The notes: generated from the letters alone by a model not told the origin. Positions 1 through 9,287 are shown, numbered from the stretch's first letter. The stretch: DNA of 64,000 nt from Acidimicrobiales bacterium (GCA_037478855.1 JBBFLY010000005.1:206-64205), one strand, 5' to 3'. Made by a program: numbers and translations.

Positions 1-893
1 CGCTCACCGCGCACATAGGGCAGCCAGAGGGGGATCCGCTCCGGGTGCGAGGCCGGTCCGCTGCGTGGCAGGAGCCGACCGACCCAGTCAAGGAACAGAC
101 CACCCGCGTTGGACGGGCCGCCGATGAGGGTCTTGCCAGGCGCGGTGTGCGGCACGGTCCAGAGGCCCTCCACCTCCCGCCAGTCGGACACGACCGCCCA
201 GGTGATCAGCGTGGTGCCGAGGATCACCAACACGTCGCCGTCGTGCTCCGCGCCGGCCACCATCTGCTCCGCGAGGGCGTCGACGGTGCCCGGACCGACC
301 AGCGCGCCGTCGACGGACCCGATCGCCTCGTTGCCCGGCACCACCTGGGGGAGCTGCTCGACCGACACGCCGGCGCCGGCCGCGACGGCCGGATCCCACC
401 TGGTGCCGTCGTAGAGCGGGTGGGTGGTGATGGCCACGACCGTGTCAATGGCTCCGACGGCGCACAACGCGTGGTTCGCCACCGCCTGCGCGGGCCAGTA
501 GCCGCTGGCCTCGGGTGCTTCCCTGGCGCACCAGCGCAGGAACCCCAGCAGCTCGCCGCTCTCCGCCGGGCTCCTGCCGTTGACCGGCCCTCCCCGCCGG
601 TCGCCGTAGAGCAAGCCGGGGGTGAGCGCCCGCCCCCGTCGATCAACGGCACACAGCGAGGGCACGAACGCCGCCACGTTCACCGCCGCCACCTCGAGGC
701 CATCGCTCACCTCGCGGTAGGCGGCTCGGACGTTGCGTCGCCAGGCACGATCGACGTCGTGCTCGAATCGATCCGGCTCGGGGACGCGCACCCGGTGACG
801 GACCCGGGCACGGGCCAGCACGTTGCCGTCGTCATCCACCGCCAGGGCCTTCACCGAGGTCGTGCCCACGTCCAGGCCCACCGTCACCGTCAT
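1..893 (-). CDS. FGGY-family carbohydrate kinase (xylulokinase/glycerol-kinase type), N-terminal ~297 aa; the gene runs off the left edge
   Basis: Absent from the ORF track because there is no stop in the window. Manual reverse translation from ATG (complement of 891-893) gives MTVTVGLDVGTTSVKALAVDDDGNVLARARV..., the DxGTTxxK phosphate-1 motif of FGGY/ASKHA kinases. The frame stays open to position 1. Confidence 0.7.
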   Translation of the reverse strand, partial: MTVTVGLDVGTTSVKALAVDDDGNVLARARVRHRVRVPEPDRFEHDVDRAWRRNVRAAYREVSDGLEVAAVNVAAFVPSLCAVDRRGRALTPGLLYGDRRGGPVNGRSPAESGELLGFLRWCAREAPEASGYWPAQAVANHALCAVGAIDTVVAITTHPLYDGTRWDPAVAAGAGVSVEQLPQVVPGNEAIGSVDGALVGPGTVDALAEQMVAGAEHDGDVLVILGTTLITWAVVSDWREVEGLWTVPHTAPGKTLIGGPSNAGGLFLDWVGRLLPRSGPASHPERIPLWLPYVRGE

Positions 894-966
894 CGCTCGC
901 CCCTCTCCCGTCCCGTCTCTCCCGTCGCGTCGGTCTCAGACCGGCCGTGGCGGCACGACCGCATAT

Positions 967-986
967 CCCTGACACAGATGTCAGGT
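967..986. promoter_or_regulatory. Palindromic operator box 1: ccc TGACA caga TGTCA ggt
   Basis: Lies between the divergent starts of the FGGY kinase (893, -) and the PaaK-like ligase (1008, +). A TACGCT -10-like hexamer sits at about 993-998, just before the GTG start. Confidence 0.7.
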
Positions 987-1007
987 TCGAGAGTACGCTA
1001 GAGGGCC

Positions 1008-2321
1008 GTGCCGACCTACCAACCGGGCGTGCTCGGTCCGCTCCCCCGCGACCCCGACCAGCAGTTCTGGGACCCCGAGATGCAGACGATGCCACGCGAG
1101 CAACTCGAGGCGCTGCAGCTCGAGCGGCTCCGCACGCTGGTCGACCGGGCGCTGAGCACCCCCGTGCCGCTCTTTGCCCGCAAGCTTCGCGAGGCGGGGA
1201 TCGAATCCGGTGCAGACCTCACCAGCGTGGGAGACGTGAACCTCATCCCCACGACGGTCAAGCAGGAGCTTCGCGACTCGGAAGCTGAGCATCCCCCCTT
1301 CGGCGACTACCGCTTCACCAACCCACGGAAGTGCGTCCGGCTCGGCCAGAGCACGGGCACCACCGGCACACCCACCATCGCGCTGTTCACCCGCAAGGAC
1401 ATCTGGATCGAGTACGAGTCCGCGGCACGGGTGTGGTGGCGGAACGGCTGGCGCCCAGGGCAGATCATCACCCACGCCCACCCCGCCTACCTCTACGGCG
1501 GCGGCGTGATGCTCTCCGGCAGCCTCGAGTACTTCGGGGCGCTGAACCTGTGGGTTCCCCCACCCGACACCGACGAGCTCGCCGAGCAGGGCATCAGGAT
1601 GTGGCAGCGGGTGCGGCCCGACGTGTCGATGGTGGCGTTCAGCCTCGGTCGCTTCCAGGAGGTGGCTGCCAAGATGGGGCTCGACCTGAACGCGGACGTC
1701 GGTCTGCCGTCGTTCCAACTTCGGGGCGCGAGCGAGCGGGGCCTGCCGCTGATGACCGCCGGTCTCGAGTGCTACGCCTACTCGTCAGGTCCCTGCGGCG
1801 TCGCACCCGGCGGCCACATCCACGAGGACTGGGCGATCATTCAGGCCGTCGACCCCAGGACCGGCCGCGACGTGCCCGACGGGGAGTGGGGAAACCTGGT
1901 GGTCACCACCCTCGATCGCGACAACGGCCTGCTGCGCTACGACCTGGAAGAGGCCGCGGCGATCATCCGGGAGCCCTGCCCCTGCGGTGAGACCACCATC
2001 CGGGGCTTCTGGGGTGGTCGGTTCAAGGACTTCCTCGACTGCCAGGGCAGGTACTTCCCGATCAACGACGTCGAGCGAGCCCTGCGCACCGTGCGCGAGG
2101 TCGTCGAACCGTCCCTCGAGTACGTGGTGGTCAGACCGACGGATCCCGCCGCGCCGCTCTCCGTGCGGGTCGAGCTGGCCGACGGTCACGCCCCCACGGT
2201 GGCCGAGCGCTGCGCCGCCGCGATCCGCGAGCAGCTCGGGGTCGAAGCCCGGATCGACGTGCTGCCCCGCGGGTCGCTCGGCCGCTCGGGCTACAAAGCC
2301 ATCCGGCTCGTCGAGAGCTGA
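1008..2321 (+). CDS. Phenylacetate-CoA ligase-like (PaaK / coenzyme F390 synthetase family) adenylate-forming enzyme
   Basis: 437-aa ORF. The N-terminus FWDPEMQTMPREQLEALQLERLRTLVDRAL and the stretch RLGQSTGTTGTPT resemble PaaK-family ligases. Confidence 0.7.
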   Translation: MPTYQPGVLGPLPRDPDQQFWDPEMQTMPREQLEALQLERLRTLVDRALSTPVPLFARKLREAGIESGADLTSVGDVNLIPTTVKQELRDSEAEHPPFGDYRFTNPRKCVRLGQSTGTTGTPTIALFTRKDIWIEYESAARVWWRNGWRPGQIITHAHPAYLYGGGVMLSGSLEYFGALNLWVPPPDTDELAEQGIRMWQRVRPDVSMVAFSLGRFQEVAAKMGLDLNADVGLPSFQLRGASERGLPLMTAGLECYAYSSGPCGVAPGGHIHEDWAIIQAVDPRTGRDVPDGEWGNLVVTTLDRDNGLLRYDLEEAAAIIREPCPCGETTIRGFWGGRFKDFLDCQGRYFPINDVERALRTVREVVEPSLEYVVVRPTDPAAPLSVRVELADGHAPTVAERCAAAIREQLGVEARIDVLPRGSLGRSGYKAIRLVES

Positions 2322-2371
2322 GCAGCACCATCGGACGCTCGGACATCCGCCCGGCCGCAGCCGCGACACGA

Positions 2372-5300
2372 TCAACCAGCCCGCGGAGTCCGACCTTCGG
2401 TCGCGGCCCCGGAGGCCAGGTTCCGGATCCACGCCGGCGACGGCACCTGGAAGGGCCGGAAGCGCACCACCTTCCCGGACAGCTCGTCATAGAGCAGCGC
2501 CTGGGTGGGCTGCAGCGACGCAGCGGCGGGGCTGTCGACGATCCGCACCGCCTCCTCCCCGGACATGGGACCCACGACCCGCAGCGCGAACCTGCTCTGC
2601 AGGGACGGCGCGAGCCGCTCGCTGACGGCGGCGGCGGAGCTGGCCCACACGAGCGTGTGGAGACCGGATGCGGGACCCTCGCTGACGAGCACCTCGAGCA
2701 AGGCGGTGGCCTCGCCTCCGTCCGGGTCGAGTGCACGGGCGACGTCGAGCCCGTTGAGCACCACCAGCGCAGGGGGCTCTCGGCCCGATGCAGCCTGCCG
2801 GCGCCGGGTGAGCTCGCGGGCGGCCGCTTGCAGACCGGAGACGAGATCACGCTGACGAGACACCTGCACCCGCGTCAGCGCCCCGAGGGCCACGAGCACC
2901 TCCCCGAAGCCGGATTCCAACGGCATGCAGTCGATGGCTCGGACCTCGAGGTGGTGACCGTGTGCGACCGCGGCGGAGAGCAGCGCGCTCGCCAGCAGCC
3001 CTTGGCCGGCCTGCTCGTCGGCGGTCACCACCAACAGGTTCGCACCGGCCTCACGCCGAAGGACGACCTCCGTCGGTCCGCCCAACGTGACGGGCGCACC
3101 CAGCCACAGCACGAGGCCGTCCCCGACGTCGCGACCTGCTCCCGAGCCTCGGAGCTGCTCCACCAGGGGTTGATCCAGCTCCGCAGGGGCGATGCTCGAG
3201 ACCAGCTCCGGGCGGCGGGTGAACCCGCGCGAGTCCGCCAGCGCGTCGAGGTCACGCAGGTGCAACAGCCGTTCACGCGGGCTGATGCGACCCAGGCGGA
3301 GCCGGAGCGGATCGGTCGTGCCGGGCTGGATCAGCAGCGCCTCTCCATCGCCCATCGAACGAATCGAGGCGGTCAGCTCCGCATCGCTGTCGGGCATCGC
3401 CAGCGCCTCCGCGTCCGACAGGATCAGCGAGGTGCTGAGCGCGTCAGGTACCCAGGAGATCGGATCGAGCGAGTCGGCGATCCGCTCAAGGGCGATCACG
3501 TGCACCCCCAACGCCGGCCCCTCGACCAGCACCCGGTCGAGCAGCTCGCGGGCGTCCCGTGCCGAGCGACCCGTCCCGCACAGCAGCCTGCTGCCACCCA
3601 CGAGGATCAGCAGCAGTCGGGACAGCGGGCCTCCGGTGACGCAGCGGAAGGCCTCGAGGTCACCACGGTCGACCCCCGCGGCGCGCAGCAGCGTGACCCG
3701 CAGGTCGATCTCCGCCTCCACCAGCTCCAGCACGGCCAACCCCAGCTCGGCCTCAGCCTCCGTCGCCACCAAGCGGGCGTGAGGCAGCCGAGCACGCCCG
3801 TAGGTGCCGAGATCGATTGAGTGCGAGAGGTCGGCGAGGATCAGCTCCAGCTCGGTCGGCTCGTAGAGGAGGGTGACCGAGGTGAGAAGCAGGTCCAGTG
3901 CGTGGTCGAGCTCCCTGCTGGCTCCGCCGACCACGAGCGCGCCCGGCGCATCAGCTGAGTCCAGCCACAGCGTGGCCGGCTGACGGCCCGCGACCCGACC
4001 AAGCGGGATGGACACCCCCTCCCGCGTGTCGCCGGACCACCAGGTGCGTGGATCTGAGGCGTTCACGGGGTGGCGCAGGCGAGGAAGATCGTCGCGCACC
4101 GCGCGCTGGCGAGCCTGGTCGACCAGCGTGAGCACCTCGGCGAGGCCGAGCGGGGTGCGGTTCCGTCGGCGGGCGTGGTTGCCGACCATGGTGACCACCC
4201 GCTCGGTGATCGCCGCAGCCGGTCCCTCCGCATCGGCGGGAGGGGCGGGTTCGAAGCGGAGGCGCCATGAGCCGGTCCGGTGGGTCTCGACCGTGAAGCC
4301 GTCGGCGTCATGTCGGCAGATGCGCAGGCCTGGTAGTACCGGCTGGCGGCCCCGGGCCCGGGACGCGGCTGGATCGCGCAGGACGATGGTGTGGACCCCA
4401 CAGCGCGGTCCGTTCTCGGCGAGGGGGCCGAGCAGCTCCAGCGCCCGCTCCGTCATCCCGGTTGGGTAGTCGGCGATGACCAGCAGGCGGTACGGCTCGA
4501 TCACCTCTCCCAGGTCGAGGTGGGCGTCGGTGATGCTCGGGTACCGTCCCTGCAGGTGGGTTGCGATCACCCGCTCGACGTGGCGGGTCAGCTCTTCCAG
4601 GCACTCCTCGATCTCATCGGCCTCGATTCGCACGCCGCCCGACACCAGCGCCGGGTCGAACTCCGCCAGCGCCAGAAACGGAGCGAAGGTGTCACCGAGG
4701 CCTTTGGGGTCGACGAGCGAGAGGTGCACCCCACCGGGGGGGACCGCGGTGAGCACACGGGTGATGACCCCCTGGATCCCGGCCACCGCTTCGTCGCGCC
4801 GCACCCCGGTCTCCACCAGGATCCCGAGGCCGTCCCGCAGTGAACCGAGCCAGGGAAGCGCGACGTCAGGCAGCTCGTCGTGGACGAGCGCGCCGAGACG
4901 GATCCACGGCTTCGGCACCTCGGCGGGCTCGAGGGTGGCCCACCGCTCGTCGTCCCACGGAGCGCCTGCCACGGGGAGTGCCCGGGCGAGACTGTCGAGA
5001 TCCCGTTGGAGGATCATGGTGCCGATCTCGAAGCTGGCTCGGGCCTCGGTGCCCTCGGCCACCAGCTCCTGCTCGGTCTCCGACAACAGCCGTTGGCGGG
5101 TGCGCTCAGCCTCCTGCTCCATCAGCTCGAGGCGCGCCGCGGCCGAGTTGAGCAACACGCCGATCTCAGGCAGGCGGATCGCGCCAGTGATGCCCTGCGC
5201 CAGGCGCAGCTGCTCCTCGAGCCGGGCGATCAGCCGGTCGAAGCCGTCGGGTCGATCCCGGTCCTCGGTGCCCAGCGTGGCCGGTCGGGCCAGCGCCGTC

Positions 5301-5632
5301 TCGAGCACGTCGGACTTGCCCTTGCGGAGCGCGACCTCACGGGCCTGCTGGAAGAGCGCAGCCAAGCGCTCGGTGCCCTGCGCGACAGCTGCCTGCTGGG
5401 CACGCCAGCGCTCTTCGATGCGCTGCTGCTCCTCAGCCTGATCGCGCTCGAGACCGGCCACGTCGGCGTGGAGGGTGTCGAGCAGGTGGGAGGCCCGCTC
5501 GAGCAGCTCGTCCACGACCGCCAGCGGATCGGTGTCGAGTCCGCGGGGTCTCACCCCTACCCGGTTGGGGAGAGGCGGGAGCTTCGAGCTGTCGTCTCTG
5601 CGACCAGGTGCGTCCGCGAGCGCGCTCGTCAT
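2372..5632 (-). CDS. Large cytoplasmic FtsK/SpoIIIE (EccC-like) family protein with an N-terminal coiled coil and three P-loop-like domains that have degenerate Walker A sites
   Basis: 1086-aa ORF with normal coding composition. It has three repeats of the FtsK-domain pattern, e.g. IPLGRVAGRQPATLWLDSADAPGALVVGGASRELDHALDLLLTSV...LELILADL...LPHARLVAT. The GxxGxGK(S/T) position reads ETGVRRDEA, GGASRELD and TADEQAGQG in the three domains. No hydrophobic TM segment is visible in the N-terminal 250 aa, which is rich in E/R/L/A/Q heptad-like sequence. Confidence 0.6.
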   Translation of the reverse strand: MTSALADAPGRRDDSSKLPPLPNRVGVRPRGLDTDPLAVVDELLERASHLLDTLHADVAGLERDQAEEQQRIEERWRAQQAAVAQGTERLAALFQQAREVALRKGKSDVLETALARPATLGTEDRDRPDGFDRLIARLEEQLRLAQGITGAIRLPEIGVLLNSAAARLELMEQEAERTRQRLLSETEQELVAEGTEARASFEIGTMILQRDLDSLARALPVAGAPWDDERWATLEPAEVPKPWIRLGALVHDELPDVALPWLGSLRDGLGILVETGVRRDEAVAGIQGVITRVLTAVPPGGVHLSLVDPKGLGDTFAPFLALAEFDPALVSGGVRIEADEIEECLEELTRHVERVIATHLQGRYPSITDAHLDLGEVIEPYRLLVIADYPTGMTERALELLGPLAENGPRCGVHTIVLRDPAASRARGRQPVLPGLRICRHDADGFTVETHRTGSWRLRFEPAPPADAEGPAAAITERVVTMVGNHARRRNRTPLGLAEVLTLVDQARQRAVRDDLPRLRHPVNASDPRTWWSGDTREGVSIPLGRVAGRQPATLWLDSADAPGALVVGGASRELDHALDLLLTSVTLLYEPTELELILADLSHSIDLGTYGRARLPHARLVATEAEAELGLAVLELVEAEIDLRVTLLRAAGVDRGDLEAFRCVTGGPLSRLLLILVGGSRLLCGTGRSARDARELLDRVLVEGPALGVHVIALERIADSLDPISWVPDALSTSLILSDAEALAMPDSDAELTASIRSMGDGEALLIQPGTTDPLRLRLGRISPRERLLHLRDLDALADSRGFTRRPELVSSIAPAELDQPLVEQLRGSGAGRDVGDGLVLWLGAPVTLGGPTEVVLRREAGANLLVVTADEQAGQGLLASALLSAAVAHGHHLEVRAIDCMPLESGFGEVLVALGALTRVQVSRQRDLVSGLQAAARELTRRRQAASGREPPALVVLNGLDVARALDPDGGEATALLEVLVSEGPASGLHTLVWASSAAAVSERLAPSLQSRFALRVVGPMSGEEAVRIVDSPAAASLQPTQALLYDELSGKVVRFRPFQVPSPAWIRNLASGAATEGRTPRAG

Positions 5633-5713
5633 GCCAACCAGGTTCGATCGTGCACGAAGGCGGTATCGGCAGATCGGATCGCCGAGCTGAGGGTTTCGCC
5701 GCAGCTCGTGCGC

Positions 5714-6910
5714 TCAGGGGTCGGCGGGCAGCACGACCTCGGGGAGGGGATGGCGGTACAGCCGAGCGGCGTTCTCACAGCACATGGCCCGCAGCTCGTG
5801 CGCGGGCAGGTGGCCCCAGCAGCGTTCGATCACGTCCTGGGTGTCGGGCCAGGTGCCGTCGCCGTGGGGGTAGTCGGCCTCGAGCATGATGTTCTCCACC
5901 CCGATCGTGTGCCGGGTCTCGATGGTCGAGGGGTCGTCCAGGGTGCAGAACCAGAAGTTGCGCCGCAGCACGTCCGCGGGTCGCATGGGCCAGTCGGCGG
6001 CGTAGCCGGAGCGGTCGACGATGTTGTCGAGCCGATCGATGAGCATCGCCACCCAGCCGATGCCACCCTCCGACATGGCGATGCGCAGCTCGGGCAGCTT
6101 CAGGGCCCAACCCGACCACAGCCACTCGGCGCACGCAGTGAGCGACAGCTGCCCGAACAGGGTGGCGGTGAGCGGCACGGCCACGTCCCAGCACCCGTCG
6201 GGGAGGTCCCCGAGCCCCGAGGAGCCGACGTGGAGGCTCACCACCGTGTCGGTCTCGGCGCAGGCCCGCAGGATCGGCTCCCAGTAGGGGTCGAAGATCG
6301 AGGGCAGCCCGAGCCGGTGCGGGCGCTCCGGCAGGGTCACCGACCGGAAGCCCCGCTCGGCGTTGCGGCGGATCTCGGCGGCGCCGGCCTCGGGGTCGGT
6401 GAGGAACGTGATCCCGAGCGGGATGATCCGCTCGGGATGGGGCTGCCACCACTCCTCGTAGAGCCAGTCGTTCCACGCGCGGGTCACCGCGAGGCCGAGC
6501 TCGGGGTCCGAGCACTGCGAGAAGACCCGGCCGCAGAAGCCGGTGATCATCGACGGGAAGTTGAGCGACGCCCACACCCCGTTGATGTCCATGTCCCGCA
6601 CCCGGGCGTCGACGTCCCAGCAGCCGCGGCGCATCTCGTCGAAGCGGAACGGCTCGATCCGCACCGTCTCCGGCCGGCGGCCCGCGACGGCGTTCATGCC
6701 GACCTGGCTGTAGGTGCGACCGTCGAAGGCCCAGACCTGGTGGCCGTGCTCATCCTCCACCACCCGGGGGGCGCGCTCGGCCAGCCGGGCGGGCAGCCGG
6801 CCCTCGAACATGTGGGGCGGCTCGACCAGGTGGTCGTCGACCGAGATGACGGTGTAGCGCACCGGCCGGGGCTCGGGCTCGGGCAGGAACAGCTCCTCGG
6901 TCGCGGTCAT
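5714..6910 (-). CDS. Amidohydrolase_2 (ACMSD/LigW-type metal-dependent hydrolase/decarboxylase) family protein, paralogue 1
   Basis: Within track ORF 5714..7438. The plausible start is MTATEELFLPEPEPRPVRYTVISVDDHLVEPPHMF (ATG at 6910, in frame). It has DYPHGDGTWP near the C-terminus and aligns along its length with the ORFs at 35266..36561 and 36580..37749. The upstream extension is Arg/Pro/Ser-rich junk overlapping the next gene. Confidence 0.75.
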   Translation of the reverse strand: MTATEELFLPEPEPRPVRYTVISVDDHLVEPPHMFEGRLPARLAERAPRVVEDEHGHQVWAFDGRTYSQVGMNAVAGRRPETVRIEPFRFDEMRRGCWDVDARVRDMDINGVWASLNFPSMITGFCGRVFSQCSDPELGLAVTRAWNDWLYEEWWQPHPERIIPLGITFLTDPEAGAAEIRRNAERGFRSVTLPERPHRLGLPSIFDPYWEPILRACAETDTVVSLHVGSSGLGDLPDGCWDVAVPLTATLFGQLSLTACAEWLWSGWALKLPELRIAMSEGGIGWVAMLIDRLDNIVDRSGYAADWPMRPADVLRRNFWFCTLDDPSTIETRHTIGVENIMLEADYPHGDGTWPDTQDVIERCWGHLPAHELRAMCCENAARLYRHPLPEVVLPADP

Positions 6911-6917
6911 GGCCGGC

Positions 6918-7661
6918 TCAGTCCAGGACCGTGGGATCGAGGCGCAGCTCCCGGCGGCACATCGCCTCCCACAGCCCGGGGAACGACACGTGGTCGAAGG
7001 GTGCGGCGAACCGGCGGTGCACCTCCGGATCGAGCGGGACACCACCTCCGGCGGCCTCGACGTGCCAGGCCTGACGGCAGCGCCACTCCAGCACGATCGA
7101 GCGGTGGTGCGCCTGGGCGATGTCCCGGCCGACGACGAGCACCCCGTGGTTGGCGAGCAGCGCCATCCGGCCGTCACCGAGGGCCTCGACACAGGCCCGG
7201 GCGTTGTCGACGGCGTCGACGGAGCCCTCGAACTCGGCGTAGAGGGCCGGGTCCCCGGGCACCATGGCGGAGGTCTGGTCGTACACCGGGGGGATCCGGC
7301 GCATGTCGGCCCAGAGGGTGCCCCAGCGCGGGTGGTTGTGCACCGCCACCCGGATGTCGTCGCGGGCACGGTGCAGCTCGAGGTGCAACGTGATGGCGGG
7401 GGTGACGGTCCAACGGCCCTCGAGGAGGGTGCCGTCACCGTCGATGCGCAGCACGTCCGAGGCCCGCACCTCGTCCCAGGTCAGCCCCCACGGGTTCACG
7501 AGCAGCGTGCCGTCGGGCTGACGGTAGGTGATGTGGCCGGCGAGGTGGTCGTCGTAGCCCTCGCGGAACAGCGTCCGGCACAGCAGCGCCAGCTCGGCCT
7601 GCGGGGTGAGCTCCGGAAGCGGCGGCGCCGTCGGGTTGTCACGCAGATCGGTCACGACCAT
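6918..7661 (-). CDS. Class II aldolase/adducin-domain protein
   Basis: 247 aa with GHITYRQPDG..., HLELHRARDDIRVAVHNHP and ALLANHGVLVVGRD, typical of the class II aldolase/adducin fold with its His-rich metal site. Confidence 0.7.
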   Translation of the reverse strand: MVVTDLRDNPTAPPLPELTPQAELALLCRTLFREGYDDHLAGHITYRQPDGTLLVNPWGLTWDEVRASDVLRIDGDGTLLEGRWTVTPAITLHLELHRARDDIRVAVHNHPRWGTLWADMRRIPPVYDQTSAMVPGDPALYAEFEGSVDAVDNARACVEALGDGRMALLANHGVLVVGRDIAQAHHRSIVLEWRCRQAWHVEAAGGGVPLDPEVHRRFAAPFDHVSFPGLWEAMCRRELRLDPTVLD

Positions 7662-7693
7662 GTCGCCCCCCCTCTCTCGCTGCTGGCGAGAAT

Positions 7694-7713
7694 ACCTGAC
7701 ACAGACGTCAGAT
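7694..7713. promoter_or_regulatory. Palindromic operator box 2: acc TGACA caga CGTCA gat
   Basis: Lies 33 bp upstream of the aldolase start (7661, -), between it and the stop of the upstream ACAD gene. Confidence 0.7.
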
Positions 7714-7751
7714 TCAGGCGGATGGGGGGTGCTGCCCGCCAGCCCCGGCGC

Positions 7752-8903
7752 TCACCTCCTGGGCAGGCCGAGCACGCGCTCAGCCACGATGTTGCGGTTC
7801 ACCTCGCTGGTGCCCCCGGCGATCGACAGCGACCGCGACTGGGCCAGCTCGTCGGCCCAGGGGCCGCTGAGCGCAGCCATGCCGAGGACGTCGATCGCCA
7901 CCTCGCCGAGGAGCTGACCGGTGGCCGACCAGGCGAGCTTGATGATGCTCGACTCGGGTCCCGGCGCTGCGCCCGACGCAGCGGCGGCGATGGTGCGCTC
8001 GCCCAGCAGACGCAACAGCTCACCCGAGCACCACAGCGCCACCAGCCGGTCCCGGGCGAGCGGATCGGCCGTGGCGCCGGCCGCCCGGGCCTCCTCGAGC
8101 AGCTGGGCGATGCGTCGCCGCAGCGCAAGGTGCAGGGTGGCCACCCCGACCCGTTCGTTAGCGAGCGTGGCCGTGGCCACCCGCCAGCCCTGGTGCTCCT
8201 CGCCGAGCCGGGCGCTCACGGGCACACGCACGTGGTCGAAGAACAGCTCGTTGAACTCGGCGGTACCGACCATGGTCCGCAGCGGCCGCACCTCGATGCC
8301 AGGGCTGCGCATGTCCACCAGCAGCGCCGTGATGCCGGCGTGGCGGTTCGCCGAGGAAGGATCGGTGCGCACGAGCAGCTCGCACCAGTCGGCCACCGAC
8401 GCGAGCGTCGTCCAGAGCTTGCGGCCGGTCACGACGTAGTGGTCGCCGTCGCGCACGGCTTCGCACCGCAGGGAAGCCAGGTCCGACCCGGCGTCAGGCT
8501 CGGAGAACCCCTGGCACCAGATCTCGTCCCCGCGCAGCATCGGCGGCAGGTACCGGGCCTGCTGCTCGGGGGTCCCGAAGGCCATGATGGCGGGGGCGAT
8601 GTTCGGGATCCCGATGGCGTTGACGGGTCCGGGCGCGTCGGCGGCCGCCAGCTCCTCGGCGTGCGCGATCTGCTCGAGGACCCCGGCGTCGCGCCCACCC
8701 CAGGCCCGTGGCCAGCCCGGTGCAGCGTGGCCGGCGTCAGCGAGCGAGGCGTTCCACTCCCGGAGGCGAGCGAGGTGATCCGGATCGGGCGCGCCGTGGA
8801 ACCTGAGTCCCCGGTGGCGGTCCGTCAGGTGATCCGCCAGCCAGGCCCGCAGCTCGGCCCGGTAGGCGTCGGCGGCGGCGACGGCGTCGGGGTCGAGGCC
8901 CAT
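7752..8903 (-). CDS. Acyl-CoA dehydrogenase (long type)
   Basis: Track ORF 7752..8987. The likely start is MGLDPDAV (ATG at 8903). Motifs seen: GWPRAWGGRD, CQGFSEPDAGSDLASL, TLANERVG, IAGGTSEVNRNIVAERVLGLPR. Confidence 0.8.
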   Translation of the reverse strand: MGLDPDAVAAADAYRAELRAWLADHLTDRHRGLRFHGAPDPDHLARLREWNASLADAGHAAPGWPRAWGGRDAGVLEQIAHAEELAAADAPGPVNAIGIPNIAPAIMAFGTPEQQARYLPPMLRGDEIWCQGFSEPDAGSDLASLRCEAVRDGDHYVVTGRKLWTTLASVADWCELLVRTDPSSANRHAGITALLVDMRSPGIEVRPLRTMVGTAEFNELFFDHVRVPVSARLGEEHQGWRVATATLANERVGVATLHLALRRRIAQLLEEARAAGATADPLARDRLVALWCSGELLRLLGERTIAAAASGAAPGPESSIIKLAWSATGQLLGEVAIDVLGMAALSGPWADELAQSRSLSIAGGTSEVNRNIVAERVLGLPRR

Positions 8904-8917
8904 CGCCTGCGATCCTA

Positions 8918-8937
8918 ACCTGACATGGACGTCAGCT
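8918..8937. promoter_or_regulatory. Palindromic operator box 3: acc TGACA tgga CGTCA gct
   Basis: Lies 15 bp upstream of the ACAD start at 8903 (-). The TAACCT left flank could double as a -10 on the opposite strand. Confidence 0.7.
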
Positions 8938-9241
8938 CCGGCGGGTGAGGCGACCCTGGAGTTCGTCATGGACCTCGACAACACCAACCTCCAGCGAGGC
9001 CCCCATCCACACCGGTGGACCCCTACACGCCCCTCATCCCACGATCACGCGCAGCATCCAGGATCGCGGGCAGCGTCCGGAGACGAGCGGGGCTCTGAAC
9101 TCGTAGGGGGATCCGCGGGGAGCGGCACGGGGGCTCTGAGAATGCGACCGAACAGGTCGGGAGACTCGGCCACACCGGGTCCGGCTCAGGGTCCGTCGCT
9201 GCCGGCGGTCGGATCGTCTGCATGTCTATGCAGGTGGAACA

Positions 9242-9282
9242 GCATCATGATGCGTGATGAGTCTGCAAGTGATGCTAGCATC
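9242..9282. promoter_or_regulatory. Putative VapB operator region: two perfect 12-bp palindromes built from GCATC/GATGC (GCATCATGATGC at 9242-9253, GATGCTAGCATC at 9271-9282)
   Basis: Read directly from the sequence. The region is locally AT-richer and ends 6 bp before the vapB ATG. A further palindrome, CTGCAT-gtct-ATGCAG, lies at 9218-9233. Confidence 0.5.
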
Positions 9283-9287
9283 TGAGC

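Noticed and set aside
4880-7393. 837-aa ORF on the + strand. The same applies to 6909..8918 (+), 13247..15142 (-), 16687..18732 (+), 33060..35165 (-), 43862..46135 (+), 51760..53436 (-) and 53589..55112 (-).
   Set aside because: These are shadow ORFs typical of very GC-rich DNA. The translations are Arg/Gly/Pro/His-rich with no recognisable motifs, and each lies antisense to or out of frame with a gene that has clear family signatures.
8968-9285. 105-aa ORF (+), and 9186..9416 (-), in the gap upstream of vapB.
   Set aside because: No motifs are visible, and the composition is atypical (His/Pro/Arg/Ser-rich). The ORFs overlap the putative vapB promoter palindromes. I leave the gap unannotated.
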